Source: Podarcis liolepis | Taxonomy: Eukaryota | Assembly (NCBI GenBank): GCA_965112155.1 | Contig: OZ218101.1 | Direction: 5' to 3' (one strand) | DNA: 64,000 bases | Shown here: positions 1 through 10,869 of the stretch, piece after piece | How positions within the stretch are numbered: the first letter of the stretch is position 1 | Layout: every line of letters starts with the position of its first letter | Program-made: the position numbers and the translations under genes | Notes under the pieces: generated by a model | The model's input: the letters and a program-made list of their open reading frames with translations, nothing else | What the model was told of the DNA's origin: nothing | Databases searched by the model: none

Positions 1-1937
1 AGTCAATGTATAAAAAAAGTCTCTTGGGTACATAATGGCCCACTCAAAAATCCTGGCAGAAGAAGAGTCTTCAGCTGGAATCAGAATTGGCTGATATCCA
101 TTGGGTCTGGTAGGGCAGAAGACAGAGTGTCTAACAGTAGGTGGCACCAGAGCCAATGACAGAATAATTTTAGTTTTGTCTCCATCTCTCCTCTCTGTTG
201 AGTTCTACAAGAGACAAAACTGGGCCACCCCCTGGACTGGATGGAAGTGAGAATGCAGGTAGATTGGCACTGCCTGAGAGCCAACTTGAGGTTGGTAGGA
301 CAGTGTCCCATTTGCCCACCTTCAGTGGCTGGTACTGAAAAATAACCAAGGCCAGTAGGAGCTTGGACTGGAGAATGTTCCATAACTGGGGTGCTATTGC
401 TGAAAATGCCCTCTAGTGAGCCATGGATCTCCTGATCTTATGGAACGAATTCCATTGTACTTCTTTTTAAAGTAATTCCACCCCCTTGTACTTGACAGAC
501 TTGTCCCACTGCCCAGAACTAAAGGTTTGTTGTTACATATCTACATTAAAAAAAAAAATACTCACAAAGGGGTGCTAATTCTGATGTTACCCAAATGCTC
601 CTCTATTCTGATATTGAGTATTCTTGCTGTTTTGCACAATTATTATTATTTGCATATGCACTGGATAATGCATATGGCATTGCTAGTGTTACATGTGGTA
701 AATGATATTAAACGACAGTCAACATTATTTACATAATCCCTAAAATGTGCCCTTTTACATATAAACTTACAATATGCAGAGATGCTCACATGGGTTATGA
801 TCTATGTGTCTGGAAAGCCTTGGACAGTTTGGTACCCCTGGTTACTGGTTAATATTTCTCTGACATTTTTGGTTCATTTGAATGAAATGAAAGGTTTTTG
901 CTTGCAATCTGGGATACCCTCCAAGATATGCCAATACTTTCTTATATTTTTTGGTTAAATATTGGTTATGGACTTAAACATCAGATGAGAATTGAGTCAG
1001 CTCAAAGGATTTGGTTTAGATGCAGCTAAAAGGTTATCCTGTGTCTTAGTGGCTGCTTACTTGAAGCTATTTTCAACTTCTTCCCTGGGTAATCTCTGTC
1101 AAAAAGATGATTGCTCAGCACTGTAGATTTCTGGCGAAAGGAAAAAGAAAGAAAGAAAAAGATCTGAGGAGGTTTATGTAGATTTCACTGACTGGCAACT
1201 GGTTTGATCAATCAACTTTTAAACTTCCTAAATCAATTGAGATCCCTAAAGAAAACTATAGCTCAGTAATAGTTCATTGACACTTATTGTTTTCTAGATT
1301 GGCCTGTCCATCCTCTCTCCACAAAAGCACACACTTCCCAGTTATGTCGTCACCCTCATCCAATGGCATTCTGTACAATATGGTTTACAATGGGGGGAAA
1401 GAATAAGGGGTGCCATTAGGGTAGAATCCAGCAGGGATGCCAACTTGAATAAATATGGAGGGGGAGTGCCCAGGTAAGCCCCGCCCCACATAATCGATCG
1501 CATAACACAGCAGTTGCACACCATTTGAATGGCAAAGGTCATCAACTATGAAGGGGTTCAGTCCTCTCAAATATTTTTTTTTGGGGGGGTGAAGGGACCT
1601 CGGCCCTTAGAAGCTGGCTTCTATGGAATCCAGTATTCCACTCAGCAGAGTGAGCACGCAGGGCTGGATTAATAACATTTTGAAGAAAGTGAGGTTGTAC
1701 ACACTGTCATCTAAAACGTCTCCTTCCATAAGACCATTGAAGCCAAAATATTAACTCGCCTAACTGTATCGCTGAGTAGTTCCCTGCAAGAAAATGTATT
1801 GTACTTCTGTGAAGGCTGCCTAGTGTCTACTCATTCTCTCTCTGTTTCTTAAAAAAAATCTATTTTATTGAAAGTTTTCCACTCAAAATACAATATAAGC
1901 CAAACTAATCTAAAAAAGAAAGATAGAAAATAAACCA

Positions 1938-1994
1938 GAAGAGAGAGAGAGAGAAGAAGAAGAAGAAGAAGAAGAAGAAGAGGAGGAGGAGGAG
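1938..1994. repeat. Compound purine microsatellite (GA)n-(GAA)n-(GAG)n
   Basis: Read directly; it produces the poly-Ser run in ORF 1910..2113. Confidence 0.95.
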
Positions 1995-2537
1995 TATAAT
2001 AATACCAAGCTTTTTATATCTTTATTCCACACATAGAAGTGTGAATTCACCCAGCTATCACCTGGGAACCTCGTCCCTTCTCTCGGTCTCCCACCCTGAG
2101 GGATCATGTCCACTGTCTACCAGTGGAACCTCATGGGGACACCCAGAGGTTCAAAGTATGAAGAGGCACTTCTGGAACAAAGCGAAATGTTTACAGGCAA
2201 CCCTCCCCCATTTACACGTGTTCAATATGTGTACGATCATGTATATGCACATCACGGCAAACCTGGAAGTGACTATGGCGAGTTGGGAGTTTGAGGAAGG
2301 AGGTTGGAAGGGAGTGACTGTGGTGGAGGTTGGCAGAGTTCTGGGAGGAGTTCTTTTTAGCCATTCTTTGAGATGGCACCTAAATGCATAGCATCATAAT
2401 CTTCCTTGAGTGATGACAAACCCAAGAGGCAGCAAGTGGTGCCCATGCTGGAGAAGCTGGAAGTGCTGAACTGTTTGCAGGATTGCATGAGCATGTGTGA
2501 TGCGGCATGCAGGTTTGACAGGAACGAGTCCAGCATA

Positions 2538-3088
2538 AGTAATAGTGCCACTGTATTCTGCTCTGGTCAGACCTCACCTGGAGTACTGTGTCCAGTTCTG
2601 GGCACCACAATTCAAGAAGGACACTGACAAACTGGAACGTGTCCAGAGGAGGGCAACCAAAATGGTCAAAGGCCTGGAAATGATGCCTTATGAGGAATGG
2701 CTAAGGGAGCTGGGCATGTTTAGCCTGGAGAAGAGGAGGTTAAGGGGTGATATGAGAGCCATGTTCAAATATATAAAAGGATGTCACATAGAGGAGGGAG
2801 AAAGGTTGTTTTCTGCTGCTCCAGAGAAGCGGACACGGAGCAATGGATCCAAACTACAAGAAAGAAGATTCCACCTAAACATTAGGAAGAACTTCCTGAC
2901 AGTAAGAGCTGTTCGACAGTGGAATTTGCTGCCAAGGAGTGTGGTGGAGTCTCCTTTTTTGGAGGTCTTTAAGCAGAGGCTTGACAACCATATGTCAGGA
3001 GTGCTCTGATGGTGTTTCCTGCTTGGCAGGGGGTTGGACTCGATGGCCCTTGTGGTCTCTTCCAACTCTATGATTCTATGATTCTATG
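2538..3088 (+). mobile_element. 5'-truncated CR1 LINE (ORF2 C-terminus, 3' UTR and tail)
   Basis: ORF 2545..3009 ([61 protein letters not shown]) is the canonical CR1 ORF2 C-terminus, without stops. It has an (ATTCTATG)n tail and an apparent ATA duplication at 2535-2537 and 3089-3091. Confidence 0.96.
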
Positions 3089-3163
3089 ATATGTGCCATT
3101 AAAATATGGCAGAAGAAAATCCAGGCGGTAGGCACAGCCAGTATACCTGCAACTGCCAAGGTA

Positions 3164-3563
3164 ATAGAATCATGGAATTGTAGAGTTGGAAGGGACCCTG
3201 AGGATCATTTGGCCCAACCCCCTGTAATACAGGAATATGCAGTTGGGATCAAACCTGCAACCTTGAGGGAGCCAGTGTGGTGTAGTGGTTAAGAGCGGTA
3301 GACTCGTAATCTGGGGAACCGGGTTCGATTCCCCGCTCCTCCACATGCAGCTGCTGGGTGACCTTGGGCCAGTCACACTTCTTTGAAGTCTCTCAGCCCC
3401 ACTCACCTCACAGAGTGTTTGTTGTGGGGGAAGAAGAGAAAGGAGAATGTTAGCCACTTTGAGACTCCTTCGGGTAGTGATAAAGCGGGATATCAAATCC
3501 AAAACTCTTTCTTTTCTTCTTCGCATTGTTGGCACTACGCTCTAACCAACTGTGAGCTATCCA
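3164..3563 (-). mobile_element. tRNA-Ile-like headed SINE with CR1-derived 3' tail, split by a Squam3-like SINE
   Basis: 3164-3265 is the reverse complement of the CR1 tail plus the B-box region. 3522-3563 is the reverse complement of the tRNA head (GGATAGCTCACAGTTGGTTAGAGCGTAGTG). Joined, the halves match the intact copy at 29624-29775. Confidence 0.85.
3267..3521 (+). mobile_element. Squam3-like (Ther1/MIR-derived) SINE, young copy
   Basis: A box TGGTGTAGTGG, B box GGTTCGATTCC (3322-3332), MIR-like GTGACCTTGGGCCAGTCAC core, (CTT)n tail. Near-identical copies lie at 20996, 48237 and 53672. Confidence 0.9.
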
Positions 3564-4624
3564 GGATGGATTTCCCCGGCCACATGCAGGAGGAGGCCCT
3601 GTGAAAGACACGTGGGGCACCGGACCTGTGGCTAGAGGACATGAACCGCCAGGGCATCCCAATCAACAGCAGGACCTTGTGCAAGAAAGCTCTCAGGCTG
3701 TGTGTGCCTGTGAAGGAGCTCCAAGCCAGCTCTGGTTGTCTGGCCAGCTTCAAACATCGCTTCAGTTTGAAGAACATTGGCACCCATGGTGAAGCTGCAT
3801 TTTTCTGAGGACCAGGAGGCTGCCCAAGCATGCCCAGACTAGCTGACGAGAGACCAAGCACATGCTGACCACCTGAAGAGACAAAAGTGCCATCTGCCCA
3901 TCACCATATTCCTCTGCAAGACACCATCAGTTCCACCAAGTGCTTCCAACCCACAACCAAGCACTTTGGGGTACTGGTCTACCCTGCTTGTCACTGTTTA
4001 CAAATCTTCCTCCAGCAATGAGGAAGACTGAGTGCCACCATTCCTGCCCATCTGGTTGGGCTGGTGGGTTTGTTTTTTTAAAAAAGGGTTTTTCTAGGGA
4101 CTCAGAGATTTAGAAGGTGTTTGCATGCCTTTCCAATGGGTGTTAAAATTTTACACAATTTCATGTATATTGTGCGGTAACGTAACCCCCACATAAATGG
4201 GGTGTTGCCTGTATTCAGTCACAGCCTTTGAAGTTTTTAAGCTTGCTAGTCTCACAACTGAGGCACAAAACTTGGTTCAAGACACAAACTCTTTACAGAG
4301 AAGCTTTTAAACAGCACTCTTTCCCAAACCAAGTCTCTGATAGACTTCCCCCATCTAGAATAGCTATTAGTGTTCCTAATCCGCAGCACCCACTCAGGCC
4401 CTTTTAGAATTTGACTTCTCCCTCAGGGAATCTAACCAGGTTGCCTTGCTAACCCCACTCAGAAAGTCCAAACTCCAGCTGCCTGCCCCCAACAGTTCCT
4501 ATCTATCCCCACTGACAGATAATAAGTGTAATGGCTAGGGCTGAATCATGCACAGCGAGAGCCTTGACTACAGTAGTTCAGTCTAAGCAGGGCTTCCCTT
4601 GTCCTTGATCTGGAGGCTGCAATT

Positions 4625-5200
4625 ATTGCAGAATGCTACAGCATGGTTGCTGACAGGAGAGAGAGAGCCTCTGTCAGCATAGAACACCCCTGCTCAGAGA
4701 TCTGCAGTTGTTGACCATTTCCTACTATGCCATGTTCAAGGTGTTACTATTAGCATATAAAGCCTTTAACAGCTTGGGGCCAGTTTACTTGTGGGATTCC
4801 CTTCCCCCATATATGCCCACTCAATGGCTTCAATACGGATGCCACATTAATACTTGCTATGCGCTTCTAAGAAAACAGCATTTTCGGCAGCATCACTTAC
4901 ACTTTGAAACTCCCTGCCTGTTGACACCAGGCAATTGCTTTCCCTGTATTCTTTTTGGCACCTGTTTAAAATATTTTTTATTTAGCCAGACATGCAGAAG
5001 TTGCACCTGTGCTTTTTCCCGTCAGCTACTGTTCATTTTAATCACCTTTTGAATATTTTTAATTCCTGTGTTTTAATTGTGTGTTTTTTTAAATCAATAA
5101 TATATAATGTTCTGTGTTATATTGTTTTAAACCGTGTAGAGTTTGTTTGTTTACAATCAGCACATAAATTTTGTTGAATAAATGCAATAAAAAATAAATA
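4625..5200 (+). mobile_element. Old L2 LINE 3' fragment
   Basis: Degenerate L2 ORF2 C-terminus (FKVLLLAYKAFNSLGPVYLWDSL in ORF 4708..5052), followed by a T-rich UTR and an AATAAA-type tail. Confidence 0.75.
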
Positions 5201-5233
5201 TTCATAGCTTCATGCTGTGTTCATTGGAGTGTC

Positions 5234-5375
5234 NNNNNNNNNNNNNNNNNNNNNNNNNNNNNNNNNNNNNNNNNNNNNNNNNNNNNNNNNNNNNNNNNNN
5301 NNNNNNNNNNNNNNNNNNNNNNNNNNNNNNNNNNNNNNNNNNNNNNNNNNNNNNNNNNNNNNNNNNNNNNNNNNN
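5234..5375. other. Assembly gap (142 N)
   Basis: Run of N. Confidence 1.
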
Positions 5376-8300
5376 TAACAAACTAGATTAGAAACTGAGC
5401 TGAGAACTTCTGCACAGGCTTCCCACTCAAAGCCTCACTTTAGCCTTTAACTCCGTAAGTGGCCTTAGATGCATCAGTTTCTCTAAACCCCCATCTGCAA
5501 TAGGGTCACAATAACACAAACCTACCTTTACCAGGTCCTGAAGTGACATGCACTGATGTCTCTGAATGTCATAAAGCACTAATTGTTCTTAGCTAAAAAT
5601 TCAGTTTGGAAGAACAACTGCATTTCTTCTTGCTTCCACTCTACCACTGTAGCCACTGGTGTATTTTCTCTGCAGCTGCTGGCAATATTTTGCTTCTTTC
5701 TCTTTTCAAATCGCATTTCTTCAGAGCCATCCCCTCTTCTCCACCACCATGCATTTCTGTGTTTGAGGACCAGTTGCCTAGAAAGGTGTGGAGCCACTTT
5801 CCAAAAATTTGCCTCGAGTGTGTGGCCTTCGGTGCATTTCTACCTTTTACAAATAGATGGCACTTTTGACTTGTACGAGAGCAATTTCGTAGGAACACAC
5901 AATACCTGCAGGACGTTGGCCCTGGAAGAGGTGGTGGTGGTGATTGTTGTTGTTACTACTACTGCTGCTATTATTACTTATTATTACTTATTAACTTCGG
6001 AGAAATCAGATGAATTTGTGTGTAGAGAAAGAGAAATTAAACTGGGTAGCATATATTCCCAATACTGAAATAATAAATACACAATTGCCTTCCAAGTAAA
6101 ATATGCATTTTTAAAATTTATTTTTTAAACCTAAACCATGCACAGCTTTCAAGGCCAGCTGGGGTTTGGATTATTGGATCCTCAGGAATATGCCAAGCCA
6201 AGCTCTGAAGAACGTATTTTAATACCTGTTTGTTTTAAATGCAAGTTAAGCAGAAACTGCAGCAGTGTGTTATTATATATCAAACGCGCCCCCCCTTTTG
6301 GTTCACATGTGTCCGCACATAGACATACACACAGAGGGAGAGGGGGGGAAATTCATGCTGTTGTCTTGCAAGTGTTACTTATCATATTAATTAAAATCTG
6401 GTGACACGATAACACTAGCAGCTGTGTGGGAAAGCGAGGGAAATTAACAAACGTTTGATTTGTTGTGTTGCTAATGTGACACTTATTATACAGGTCATAG
6501 TAAAACAATACCTCAGCCAAAATATGCTAATGCTGGCAAAGAACTGTTGCAGTTGTAACAACATTGGTGTTTATTATAATGAGGCAAAATAGAGGACTAC
6601 CTTGGATGGAGGAGTTGGGGGAGGAGGGAGGAAAGAGTGTGATAGTTCTTAGCAGAAAGAGAAAAACTACGTATGAAAGCTTTCCTAAGGAATAAATGTG
6701 GCTAAATAAAGTAAACGTGCTTGGTGGAAATGATGAAAGTAAATGAAATTCACACACGCATAGGGGCTACGAAGCAGAGTGGCTTCTAGCAATAGATGTA
6801 CCTCTGCCTTTAAAAACGGGGTGCTGAAATTCAGAGAAGAATTAAAATACTCGGAGCAGAGCTGTGCCCTAAAATGCTGTCTCAAGGAGGAAAAATTAAT
6901 TGCAGCGGAGAGATTTTTCCCCCTTTCTTTTTTAAACTTTTAAAATAAATGGCTATATTTATCAGATGTAATTTTTCACATCAGGAAATATTGTGCGGTT
7001 ATTAATGTTATTTTATAGCTGCAGTTTCTATAGCACTCTTTTATTGCGCACAGTGCTTTGCAGTTTTAATCTAATTTATATGTGAACCAATCTTTCCAAG
7101 ATGACTGGCATCCGCTCAATCAGATGGATTAAAAATTAGTCCTTAAAAAAATGTAGTGTTTAGATTTAATTGTATTCTTCTTTTGCACTTTTGGTGCAGC
7201 TTTCTCTCCCCCCCCCCCACCTTACAGTACAACAGATCGGTGACACTCCTTATGCCAAAATAAGGAATGGAATTGTGCCGGGCACATTTTGTGAGGACCT
7301 GCAATCTCAGTTTTCTTCCTGCTTACCTTCCAGGAATAATTTGATTCCTTCCCTCCCCCCCCCCCTTTACTTCGCAGGAGTGTTTCCCATCCACAATGCT
7401 ATATTACTTCTGCACATGAAATGTGTGGGTCCCCCCCTCCTTTCTTTCTGATGTTTTGATCATTTTACTGAAATGGGGTGTATGAAGTCAACCATTTGTT
7501 TGACAGTCTTTGACAGCAGATTATGTATATTTTGTCTGACAGAACACTAGTCATTCGGAACTGAATTCTGAGTGAGCAATCTAGATCAAAGGTCAGACTA
7601 CAGGGTATATGAGTTGGGACAGAGATTTCACCTTGCCACGTGAAAGGACGCAGAAATGACTCAAGAATCAAATATTGGGGAGAGCCAAAAGGTTAAAGCT
7701 GAGGTGATTCGATTCCACAATATTTACAACCTAAGATTGTGTAGAAATTCTTTGAACTCCATATACTAAGTGCTCAGAGCAAGACAGCGCTTTGGCATGT
7801 TTCACTTTGGAATCATACAACCACCCAATTTAAAGCCATAACCCAATTCCAAGTAATTTAATGATGTTCTTGGAATCATGTGTATTTCCTGTCGATCAGC
7901 TACTTAGATTAACAAAGGTTCCAAGACCTTCAAAAATAGTCTTCCTTTTCACTGTTTTGTGAATGGCACTAGATAAATAATTGCAATAAAGAAGTGTGTA
8001 TTTCAAACCCACGAATCCAGTGCTCAACTGTGTGCTTCTGGAACAACTCTATTTTTGAATAGGTTAGGAAAATATTTTAAAAGGTAAAGAGTTGAAATAC
8101 GTTAGATGAGGATTTAAAATGCTTATTGTTGTCGTCTTTTCATTAGAAATCTATACAATAAAGGCAAATATAACCAATTCCCAAGGCACTACTTTCTCCT
8201 GAAATCCATAGTAGGATTAAGCCTCTGAAATGGAAGGCTCAAATGTTAATAAAATTTGTTTCCATGCAGATATGATGCTACAGTTTTTATTCTTGAAACC

Positions 8301-9035
8301 TACTGCACTGAAGGAGAACTTTGAATTGCTGAAGAATGATGTCAGCAAATTCTAATTACAGTTATAAGATTCTGTACTTAACAGTTTCCAGAGGAACCGA
8401 GAGTAAAAATGGTATTAGTAAGCAAAAAGGAGACAAGCATGGTTGCAAGAAAAATGTGTCTATTGCTGTATAAAAATTAAGACCTTTTGTATCAGCTTCA
8501 TCTTAGCATTACTATGGACAAATGTTTGTACATGGAGGTAGGATGAAGGCAGTCTATTATTCTACTTTTGTGTTTAGATAAATAACCCTACACATCTATG
8601 AATGATGAAATACCAGAGTTTGTTATTTTGCTGGAGCTTAACAATGAAATAAAACAAAAAACGTTTGCTTCACCAGTTCAAAATGATGCCATTTAGAAGA
8701 GGGACAGTCCCCCACACCCCCAGCAATATTTTAGGGAAATTCACTGCACAGTGTTATATGAAATATTGATTTATATGATCGTTTGATTATAAGGGTAAAC
8801 CAAGACATTTGTGATGAAATTATTTTTTCAATGACTTAAGATAACCTTTCAAATTTTGTAGGATAAAATCTTCTGTATATTTTCTAGTATGCACTTCTGT
8901 CCCTCCTTAAGCATTATTTTACATTTGTGCATGAATACAAATGTACCTATAGTGCAATTCAGAAATAAGCATCACTGCATTCAATGGGACTTCCTTCAGG
9001 GGTGTATAGGGTTTCGGCCATCTTTAACTTAAAAC

Positions 9036-9243
9036 CAGCATGTTTTAGTGGTTAGACTGTCAATCTGGACTTGGCTTTGTCTCCACTCAGTCATGAAACA
9101 CACTTGATGACCCAGGGCCAGTCACTTTTTCACCACTCAGCCTACCTCACAAAGTTGTTGTGAAAACTAAAGCACAAGAGAAGCCCGTGGAAGCTGCCCT
9201 GAACTTTCTGAAGGGAGGGTGGTATAAAAATGTATTAAATAAA
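9036..9243 (+). mobile_element. Old MIR/Squam3-type SINE, degenerate
   Basis: Remnants of TAGTGGTTAGA, GACCCAGGGCCAGTCAC and CCTACCTCACAAAGTTGTTGTGA, with an A-rich tail. Confidence 0.65.
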
Positions 9244-10419
9244 GTCCTATCTGTGTATTTCTCTCTATGAAGTGTGCACATTATCAAATAATAATAAAAC
9301 CCCAGTAAGTTTCACTTGAGTTAGGTCTTCAATATACCAGTTTTTTGGATCCAAAAAGATGGTTTGCAATGCATTGCCAGCGAAACATTGGATGGGGTTT
9401 AACACGTCATCTTTTATAGCATAGCTGACTTGCATCATTTTATTTTGTGGCAGGAAAACCAGAGGGGCATCAGCCTGTTTACTTCCAACTTCTTGTATTA
9501 TTAGTATGGTTTATAGAAACAATCCGCCATATAAGGAGCCTGTTTTCTCTGCTTTTGGTTTTAACAGATAGTCTTATGGTCTCTGGTTACCACAGACACT
9601 ACAAAGTATGTGTACCTCGGCAATTGCAAGCACATTTATTAAATATATACTCTGCATACTACGGAGGTTTAACTCTCAGCTACAATTTCATTATTTCAAC
9701 TGAGGATAAATTCCAAGTCAGTGCTATACAAAAACAACTTTTGAAAGACGACGGTGGCAGTGGAGGCATAATCAACACGGCTTAAAAGCAGTCTAAAAGC
9801 ATCTAAGAAAATCCCTGGGAATCACCTGATACCAACACATCCTGCTGGTGCAAAAACAATTTTTTTGGGGGGTAACAATTTTATCAGCACCTGCCAATAG
9901 AAAGGCGATTTTCTGCAAGATAGACCTAGAATCATGACTGAAAGAGAACTGTTTGTTGCCTTCTGAGTCTGAATGCGGCCTGATTTGAAACGTGGTGTCA
10001 GATGTATTAAAATACCAAACAAAAGGCTTACCCATGTGGTGTTCCATGTGGCTGGCATCTCATGTGAACTGGATCCCCTTGCCTAGACATGGAGAATTAG
10101 AAGGCAAGGGATCTATGGACAAGCATTGAATTGGCACACTGCTCATACAGTTTCTTAGCAGCTGAGGACCTGGTTTAAATATGGCCAACTGCATGGCCTG
10201 ATGTACAAGTAAGGTTTTTGGGTTTTTTGCACAGATCTTATTATATTAGTGCCATGGTGACCACAGTTCAGGGCCCAATGCCCTATCAAATCCTTCTCTC
10301 AGCCCCTCCCATACATCTAGATTTTCCTGGACGTTACTGGGATTTCAAAGGCGGAATTGACGTCCTGGAGGAATTTACGAAAGGCGGCACTTCATCCTGG
10401 ATCAAATAATTGAATAATT

Positions 10420-10422
<3 letters not shown>

Positions 10423-10465
<43 letters not shown>
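10423..10465. repeat. (AT)n microsatellite
   Basis: Read directly. Confidence 0.97.
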
Positions 10466-10468
<3 letters not shown>

Positions 10469-10505
10469 CAACAATTATGGGGTCTTTTGAAATATGGCAT
10501 CCCTA

Positions 10506-10796
10506 AGTATCCCTATTTTCCAGGGACATTTTCCCAGATTTACAGAAGCAGTCTCAGTTTCTGACTTGATCCTCGAATGTCCCGCTTTTCCTTAGGATGT
10601 CCCTATTTTCATTGCATAAATGTTGGAGGGTATGGAATTATGCAACCCCCTGAGGCAAGGAGATAAGTAACTATAAAACCTGTAGAAGACATCTGAAGGC
10701 AGCCCTGTATAGGGAAGTTTTTAATGTTAAGTTATGTTTTTACATATGTTGCAAGTTGCCCAGAGTGGCTGGGGCAACACAGTCAGATGCACGGGA

Positions 10797-10829
<33 letters not shown>

Positions 10830-10869
10830 GGACATCCCTTTTTTCATCAGAGAAATGTTGGAGGGTATA
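10506..10869. mobile_element. Composite non-autonomous TIR-like element carrying a captured L2 3' end (copy 1)
   Basis: Colinear with 52728-53115. The core ends in GGATGTCCCTATTTTCAT..AAATGTTGGAGGGTATG (10634). An L2 3' end follows (AGAAGACATCTGAAGGCAGCCCTGTATAGGGAAGTTTT plus a TTA tail), then a second copy of the same end (to 10869). Confidence 0.75.

Larger units (their letters stand above)
2194..4211 (+). mobile_element. Decayed Tigger/pogo-family DNA transposon, internally deleted, interrupted by three retroposons
   Basis: The imperfect TIRs are CAGGCAACCCTCCCCCATTTA at 2194 and TAAATGGGGTGTTGCCTG ending 4211, flanked by TA at 2192-2193 and 4212-4213. Translated remnants match Tigger/CENP-B-type HTH domains: KPKRQQVVPMLEKLEVLNCL..RFDRNESSI | CAIKIWQKKIQAVGTASIPATAKV, then LWLEDMNRQGIPINSRTLCKKALRL (from 3626) and ASSGCLASFKHRFSLKNIGTHGEAA. 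No DDE domain is recognisable. Confidence 0.85.

Noticed and set aside
2545-3009. 154-aa ORF as a host gene
   Set aside because: It is the C-terminus of CR1 ORF2 in a 5'-truncated copy, with no promoter or true start.
5583-6068. 161-aa ORF and a possible small exon (AG|ATGGCAC...GAAGAG|GT, about 5857-5931)
   Set aside because: No recognisable protein similarity, a low-complexity end and weak splice signals.
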